Assembly (NCBI GenBank): GCA_009914755.4
Contig: CP086569.2
Span: forward strand, 21,760,001-21,824,000
Reading direction: 5' to 3'
Length of the DNA: 64,000 nt
Origin: the human T2T-CHM13v2.0 reference genome, Homo sapiens
In this document: positions 47,701 through 64,000 of the stretch, piece by piece
Numbering within the stretch: the stretch's first letter is position 1
Layout: each line of letters opens with the position of its first letter
Notes under the pieces: model-generated
What the model was told of the DNA's origin: nothing
Databases searched by the model: none
The model's input: the letters and a program-made list of their open reading frames with translations, nothing else
Translations under genes and position numbers: made by a program

Positions 47701-50700
47701 GCAAGCCAATTCAAAAGCTAGCAGAAGGCAAGAAATTACTAAGATTAGAGCAGCACGGAAGGAGACAGAGACACAATAAACCCTTCAAAAAATCAATGAC
47801 TCCAGGATCTGTTTTTTTTGGAAATATCAACCAATAGACCACTAGCAAGACTAATAAAGAAGAAAAGAGAGAATAATCAAATAGATGAAATAAAAATGAT
47901 AAAGGGGATATCACCACCGATCCCACAGAAATACCAACTACCATCAGAGAATACTGTAAACGCCTCTATGCAAATAAACTAGAAAGTCTAGAAGAAATGG
48001 ATGAATTATTGGACACATACACCCTCCCCAGATTCAACCAGGAAGAAGTAGAATCCCTGAATAGATCAATAACAGGCTCTGAAATTGAGGCAATTATTAA
48101 TAGCCTACCAACCAAAAAAAGTCCAGGACCAGACAGATTCACAGCTGAATTCTACTTGAGGTACAAAGAGGAGATGGTACCATTCCTTCTGAAACTATTT
48201 CAATCAACAGAGAAAGAGGGAATCCTCCTTAACTCATTTTATGAGGCCAGCATCATCCTGATACCTAAGCCTGGCAGAGACACAACAACAAACAAGAGTT
48301 TTAGACCAATATCCTTGCTGACCATAGATGCAAAAATCCTCAATAAAATACTGGCAAATCAAATCCAGCAGAACATCAAAAAGCGTATCCACCACGATCA
48401 AGTTGGCTTATCCCTGGGATGCAAGGTACGTTGAACTGACACAAATCAATAAACGTAATCCGTCACATAAACAGAACCAAAGACAAAAACCACGTGATTA
48501 TCTAATAGATGCAGAAAGGGTCTTTGATAAACTTCAACAGCCCTTCATGTGAAAACTTCTCAATAAACTAGGTATTGATGGGACATATCTCAAAATAATA
48601 AAAGTTGTTTATGACAAACCCACAGTCAATATCATATGGAATGGGTAAAAACTGGAAGCATTCCCTTTGAAAACTGGCACAAGACAGGGATGCCCTCTCT
48701 CACCACTCCTATTCAACATAGTGTTGGAAGTTCTGGCCAGGGAAATCAGAGAGGAGAAAGCAATAAACTGTATTCAGTTAGGAAAAGAGGAAGCCAAATT
48801 GTCCCTGTTTGCAGATGATATAATTGTATATTTAGAAAACTGCATCACCTTAGCCCCAAATCCATTTAAGCTGGTAAGCAACTTCAGCAAAGTCTCAAGA
48901 TACAAAATCAATGTGGAAAAACCATAAGCATTCCTATACACCAATAACAGACAAACATAAAGCCAAATCATGATCGAATTCACATTCACAATTGCCTCAA
49001 AGAGAATAAAATACCTAGGAATCCAAATTACAAGGGATGTGAAGGACCTCTTCAAGAAGAACTACAAACCACTGCTCAATGAAATAAAAGAGGACACAAA
49101 CAAGTGGAAGAACATTCCATGATCACAGATAGGAAGAATCAATATAGTGATAGTGGCCATATTGCCAATGTAATTTATAGATTCAATGCCATCCTTATCA
49201 AGCTATCAATGACTTTCTTCACAGAATTGGAAAAAACTACTTTAAAGTTCATATGGAACCAAAAAATATCCTGTATTGCTAAGGCATTCCTAAGCCAAAA
49301 GAACAAAGCTGGAGGCATCATGCTACCTGACTTCAAATTATGCTACAAGGCTACAATAACCAAAACAACATGGTACTGGTACCAAAACAGAAATATAGAC
49401 AAATAGAATAGAACAGAGCCCTCAGAAATAATACCACACATCTACAACCATCTGATCTTTGATAAACTTGACAAAAACATCAATGGGGAAAGGATTCCCT
49501 ATTTAATAAATGGTGCTGGGAAAACTGGCTAGCCATATGTAGAAAGTTGAAACTGGATCCCTTCCTTACACCTCATATAAAAATTAATTCAAGATGGATT
49601 AAAGACTTAAATGTTAGATCTAAAACCATAAAAACCCTAGAAGAAACCCTAGGCAATACCATTCAGGACATAGGCATGGGCATGAATTTCATGACTAAAA
49701 CACAAAAAGCAATGGCAACAAAAGCCAAAATTGACAAATGGGATCTAATTAAACTAAAGAGCTTATGCATAGCAAAATAAACTACCATCAGAGTTAACAG
49801 GCAACCTATAGAATGGGAGAAAATTTCTGCAATCTACTCACCTGACAAAGGGCTAATATCCAGAATCCACAAATAACTTAAACAAATTTACAAGAAAAAA
49901 TCGAAAAACTCCATCAAAAAGTGGGTGAAGGATATGAATAGACACTTCTCAAAAGAAGATATTTATGCAGTCAAAAGACACATGAAAAAATGCTCATCAT
50001 CACAGGTCATCAGAGAAACACAAATCAAAACCACAATGAGATACCATCTCACATCAGTTAGAATGGCGATCATTAAAAAGCCAGGAAACAGGTTCTGTAG
50101 AGGATGTGGAGAAATAGGAACACTTTTACACTGTTGGTAGGAGTGTAAACTAGTTCAACCATCGTGGAAGACAGTGTGGCAATTCCCCAAGGATCTAGAA
50201 CTAGAAATATCATTTGACCCAGCGATCCCATTACTGGGTATATACCCAAAGGTTTATTAATCATGCTACTACAAAGACACATGCACATGTATGTTTATTG
50301 TGGCAGTATTCACAATAGCAAAGACTTGGAACCAACCCAAATGTCCATAAATAATAGACTGGATTAAGAAAATGTGGCACATATGCACCCTGGAATACTA
50401 TGCAGCCATAAAAATGGATGAGTTAATGTCCTTTGTAGTGACATGGACGAAGCTGGAAACCATCATTCTGAACAAACTATCACAAAGACAGAAAACCAAA
50501 CAACACATGTTCTCATTCATAGGTGGGAACTGAACAATGAGAACACTTGGACACAGGGCTGGGAACATCACACACTGGGGCCTGTCATGGGGTTGGGGGA
50601 GTGGAGAGGGACAGCATTAGGCAAAATACCTAATGTAAGGGATGAGTTAAAGGGTGCAGCACACCAAGGGGGCACATATGTACATATGTAACAAACCTGC

Positions 50701-50765
50701 ACGTTGTGCACATATACCCTAAAATTTAACATATAATAATAATAAACAAATAAATAAAATAAAGT
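44716..50765 (+). mobile_element. Full-length L1 (L1PA-type) of about 6.05 kb, degenerate.
   Basis: The 5' UTR starts ccaagatggccaaatagaacagctccagtctatagctcccac. An ORF1 fragment is at 46020-46373. ORF2 EN, RT and C-terminal pieces run through 47148-50140. The 3' end is ..caaacctgcacgttgtgcacatataccctaaaatttaac followed by an A-rich tail. Confidence 0.9.
45392..45463. repeat. Tandem repeat of 15 bp, about 4 copies, inside the L1 5' UTR.
   Basis: caatatttgctgttc-like units appear about four times. Confidence 0.6.
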
Positions 50766-51034
50766 GCTGGAAAAATAAAAGAAAATAATTGGAAAATTTT
50801 TCACCACCAGACCTGTCTTATAAGTAATGCTAAAGAGAGTTCCTCACCCTGAGAAAGAAGAAAAAAAAAAAAATCAAACACTGATGTACAAAAACACTTG
50901 AAGGTATACACCCACTGGTGATAGGAGGTACAGACACATTCTCAGAATACACTACTACTGTAATTGTGGTGCCCAATCTGTTTATAATTCCAGTAGTAAG
51001 ATTAACAAATTAATCTATTAAACATAGTAAGATC

Positions 51035-51348
51035 GGCTGGGTATGTGGCTCAAGTCTGTTATCCCAACACTTTGGAGACTGAGGTGGGTGGGTCACTGGA
51101 GGCCAGGAGTTCAAGACCAGCCTAGCCAACATGGTGAAAACCCATCTCTACTAAAAATACAAAAATTCACCACGCATGGTGGCACACACCTGTATCCCCA
51201 GTAACTGGTACAGGCTCCTGTAACCCCAGCAACTAGGGATGCTGAGGCAAGAGAGTTGCTTGAACCTGGGAGGTGGAGATAGCACCACTACACCCCAGCC
51301 TGGGTGACAGAGTGAGACTACATGTCAAATAATTAATAATAATAATAA
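51035..51348 (+). mobile_element. Alu SINE.
   Basis: ggctgggtatgtggctcaagtctgttatcccaacactttggagactgagg.. followed by an A-rich tail. Confidence 0.9.
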
Positions 51349-51378
51349 GGCTGGATAAAAGTTTTAAAAGGCAATATA

Positions 51379-51685
51379 GGTCAGGTGCGGTGGCACACAC
51401 CTGTAATCCCAGCACTTTGGGAGGCGGAGATGAATGGGTCACTTGAAGTAGTCATTGAAGACCAGCCTGGCCAACAAGGAGAAACCCCATCTTTATTAAA
51501 AATACAAAAATGAACCAGACATGGTAGTACACATCTGTACTCCTAGCTACTCAGAAGGATGAAGCCAGAGAAGTACTTGTACTCAGGAGGCAGAGATTGC
51601 AGTGAGCTGATGTTGCACCACCGCACTCCAGCCTGTGTGACAGAGTGAGGCCCTGTCTCAAAACAAAACAAAACATTTAAAAATG
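51379..51685 (+). mobile_element. Alu SINE.
   Basis: ggtcaggtgcggtggcacacacctgtaatcccagcactttgggaggcggag.. followed by an (aaaac)n tail. Confidence 0.9.
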
Positions 51686-51879
51686 CATAAAGGCAACATC
51701 AAGTAAAAAGAGAGGTAGGCAGAAGTCAAATATAGAGTTTTTTAAATGTTTTTGTTTGTTTTTAGTGTAATCAAAGGTAAGGTATTGGTTTAAAATAAGT
51801 TGTTGTACCTATGTGATTTTTTTTAAGCCTCAGGGTAACCACGAAGCAAAAACCTTTAATAAATGCACTAAAAAGAAAG

Positions 51880-52188
51880 ACGAGGCAGGGCGCATGGATC
51901 ACGCCTGTAATCCCAGCACTTTGGGAGGCTGAGGCGGGCAGATCATGAGGTCAGGAGATCGAGACCATCCTGAACAACGTGGTGATACCCCGTCTCTACT
52001 AAAAATACAAAAAAATTAGCCAGGCATGGTGTTGGGCACCTGTAGTCCCAGCTACTCATGAGCCTGAGGCAGGAGAATGGCGTGGACCCAGGAGGTGGAG
52101 CTTGCAGTGAACCGAGATTGCGCCACTGCACTCCAACCTGGGTGACAGAGTGAGACTCTGTTTCAAAAAAAAAAAAAAAAAAAAAAAA
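51880..52188 (+). mobile_element. Alu SINE (AluS/Y-like) with a poly(A) tail and a target-site duplication.
   Basis: ..ggatcacgcctgtaatcccagcactttgggaggctgaggcgggcagatcatgaggtcaggagatcgagaccatcc.. followed by an A run of about 25 nt. The gaaagac duplication flanks it. Confidence 0.9.
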
Positions 52189-52189
52189 A

Positions 52190-53015
52190 GGAAATGAAAG
52201 ACACGCAAATTAAAAATACTACCAAAAAATCACTTAGCCACAAAAGAAAAAAAGGAAGAGAGCCATAGCAAAACAATCAGAAAAGAAGTAACAAAATGGC
52301 AGTAGTTAGTTCATACCTGTCATACCTATGGCAGTAGTTAGTTCATACCTATCATACCTATCACTGATTGTGAAAGAATTGATTCACTCCAGAAAAGATA
52401 CAGTGGTTGAAAAAGAACACAGATATGTACTGCTTACAAGAAACCCTTTGACTTATGAAGATATGCATAGGATAAAATTACAGAGATGGAAAAAGATATT
52501 CCACAAAATTAAAAAACTTAAACGGAGCAGGAGTAGCTACGCTTATTTCTGATAAAAAAAATTCTACAAATCACAGACTGTAAAAAGAGAAAAAGAAGGC
52601 CACTACATAATAATAAATGGATCTATGCAGTAAGATGATATAACAGTAGGAAATATTTAGCACCCAAATAAAGCAAACATTAGTAGATCTAAAGAGGGAA
52701 ACAGACTACAAGCAAATATTGGTGGATAACTTCAGTACCTCATTGTCAGTAATGGACAGGAAGACCATTAAGGAAACATCAACAAAGACCTATTCGATTT
52801 AAGCCACACACTAGACCAAATGGTCTTAGCTGACATTTACAGAACATTTTACATGACTGTTGCAGAACACACAGTTTTCTCATCAGCATTTGAATAGACC
52901 ATATGTTAGGCTGACAAATAAAGACTCAACAGATTTTTTAAAACTTGGAACCATTTTCATTGATTTTCTAACTACAATGGAAGAAAACTGGGAGTCAATA
53001 ACAAGTCAAACTTAG
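52190..53015 (+). mobile_element. Old L1 (L1M-type) ORF2 endonuclease-domain fragment.
   Basis: Translation gives ..HRIKLQRWKKIFHKI..TVKREKEGHYIIINGSMQ.DDITV.NI..DLSHTLDQMVLADIYRTF.. There is a 31-bp tandem duplication at 52300-52370. Confidence 0.55.
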
Positions 53016-53019
53016 AAAC

Positions 53020-59170
<6,151 letters not shown>

Positions 59171-59347
59171 AATTATTTTATTACCTTAATTAAATATTAA
59201 TTAATAATATTTTTATTACCTTAAATATTTATTATCATTTTTGTTGCAATAAAGCTTAACATCTACTTTCTTTTCTTTTTTGATTAATATTATTGCTCAT
59301 TAACTATAGTTACTATGCTTTACAACTGATCTCTTGGACTTACTTCT
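59171..59347. repeat. AT-rich low-complexity spacer with an internal ~30-bp duplication.
   Basis: ttattaccttaattaaatattaattaataatatttttattaccttaaatatttatta. Confidence 0.6.
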
Positions 59348-60077
59348 CTTTTTTTTTTTCTTTTCCTTTTTTTTTTTATTATACTTTAAGTTCTACGGTA
59401 CATGTGCACATTGTGCAGGTTAGTTACATATGTATACATGTGCCATGCTGGTGCGCTGCAGCCACTAACTCGTCATCTAGCATTAGGTATATCTCTCGAT
59501 GCTATCCCTCCCCCCTCCCCCCACCCCACAACAGTCCCCAGAGTGTGATATTCCCTTTCCTGTGTCCATGTGATCTCATTGTTCAGTTCCCACCTATGAG
59601 TGAGAATTTGCGGTGTTTGGCTTTTTGTTCTCGCGATAGTTTACTGAGAAATGATTTCCAATTTCATCCATGTCCCTACAAAGGACATGAACTCATCATT
59701 TTTTATGGCTGCATAGTATTCCATAGTGTATATGTGCCACATTTTCTTAATCTAGTCTATCATTGTTGGACATTTGGGTTGGTTTCAAGTCTTTGCTATT
59801 GTGAATAATGCCGCAATAAACATACGTGTGCATGTGTCTTTATAGCAGCATGATCTATAGTCCTTTGGGTATATACCCAGTAATGGGATAGCCGGGTCAA
59901 ATGGTATTTCCAGTTCTAGATCCCTGAGGAATAGCCACACCGACTTCCACAATGGTTGAACTAGTTTACAGTCCCACCAACAGTGTAAAAGTGTTCCTAT
60001 TTCTCCACATCCTCTCCAGCACCTGTTGTTTCCTGACTTTTTTATGATTGCCATTCTAACTGGTGTGAGATGGTATC

Positions 60078-63422
<3,345 letters not shown>

Positions 63423-63470
63423 TTATTTTGCTCGTTAGTTGATGCAGTTTCTTCCTAGTCTCGATGGTCT

Positions 63471-63881
63471 TTACATTTTGGCATGATTTTGCAGCGGCTG
63501 GTACCGGTTGTTCCTTTCCATGTTTACTGCTTCCTTCAGGAGCTCTTGTAAGGCAGGCCTGGTGGTGAAAAAATCTCTCAGTATTTGCTTGTCTGTAAAG
63601 TATTTTATTTCTCCTTCACTTATGAAGCTTAGTTTGGCTGGATATGAAATTCTGGGTTGAAAATTCTTTTCTTTAAGAACGTTGAATATTGGCCCCCACT
63701 CTCTTCTGGCTTGTAGGGTTTCTGCTGAGAGATCCACTGTTAGTCTGATGGGCTTCCCTTTGAGGGTAACCCGACCTTTCTCTCTGGCTGCCCTTAACAT
63801 TTTTTCCTTCATTTCAACTTTGGTGAATCTGACAATTATGTGTCTTGGAGTTGCTCTTCTCGAGGAGTATCTTTGTGGCAT
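63471..63881 (-). pseudogene. L1 ORF1 C-terminal ORF of 136 aa.
   Basis: MPQRYSSRRATPRHIIVRFTKVEMKEKMLRAAREKGRVTLKGKPIRLTVDLSAETLQARREWGPIFN.. Confidence 0.7.
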
Positions 63882-64000
63882 TCTCTGTATTTCCTGAATC
63901 TGAACGTTGGCCTGCCTTGCTAGATTGGGGAAGTTCTCCGGATAATATCTTGCAGAGTGTTTTCCAACTTGGTTGCATTCTCCCCATCACTTTCAGGTAC

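Noticed and set aside
51035-52188. The three clustered Alus considered as an SVA element.
   Set aside because: There is no CCCTCT hexamer array, no VNTR and no SINE-R (HERV-K) portion. These are three separate Alu monomers or dimers with their own A-tails.

Overview
This window is primate, almost certainly human, non-coding genomic DNA. It is dominated by retrotransposons, and I find no prokaryotic-style gene system and no convincing host protein-coding exon. The content, in order: (i) Two 5'-truncated L1 copies at 0.7-6.1 kb; one shows a classic twin-priming 5' inversion. (ii) A ~5 kb mostly unique segment carrying one Alu. (iii) A complex, rearranged cluster of HERV-H/F-type gammaretrovirus-like proviral sequence at 11.7-21.0 kb. 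It carries four LTR7-like LTRs, two on the + strand at the outside and two on the - strand inside. It also has a tRNA-Phe-like primer-binding site, an uninterrupted protease ORF, an RT YIDD motif, an RNase H region and a recognisable env start. (iv) A very old, degraded gamma-like ERV at about 25.1-34.6 kb. Its env TM immunosuppressive-domain motif is still readable, and it is broken by an Alu(+), a 3 kb L1(-) and an Alu(-) that has a clear target-site duplication. (v) An L1-saturated block at 35-64 kb. It holds four full-length L1PA-type elements, three on the - strand and one on the + strand, including a head-to-head pair and a tandem pair. Between them are three clustered Alus and older L1M fragments. 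The last L1 runs off the window and keeps several long ORF2 segments, but it is not intact. The most system-like, unexplained structure is the inverted, nested HERV-H/F arrangement. Everything else is ordinary repeat-rich intergenic or intronic primate sequence. Family names and boundaries are approximate, within about 10 bp. I recognised them by eye against remembered consensus sequences, with no database search.
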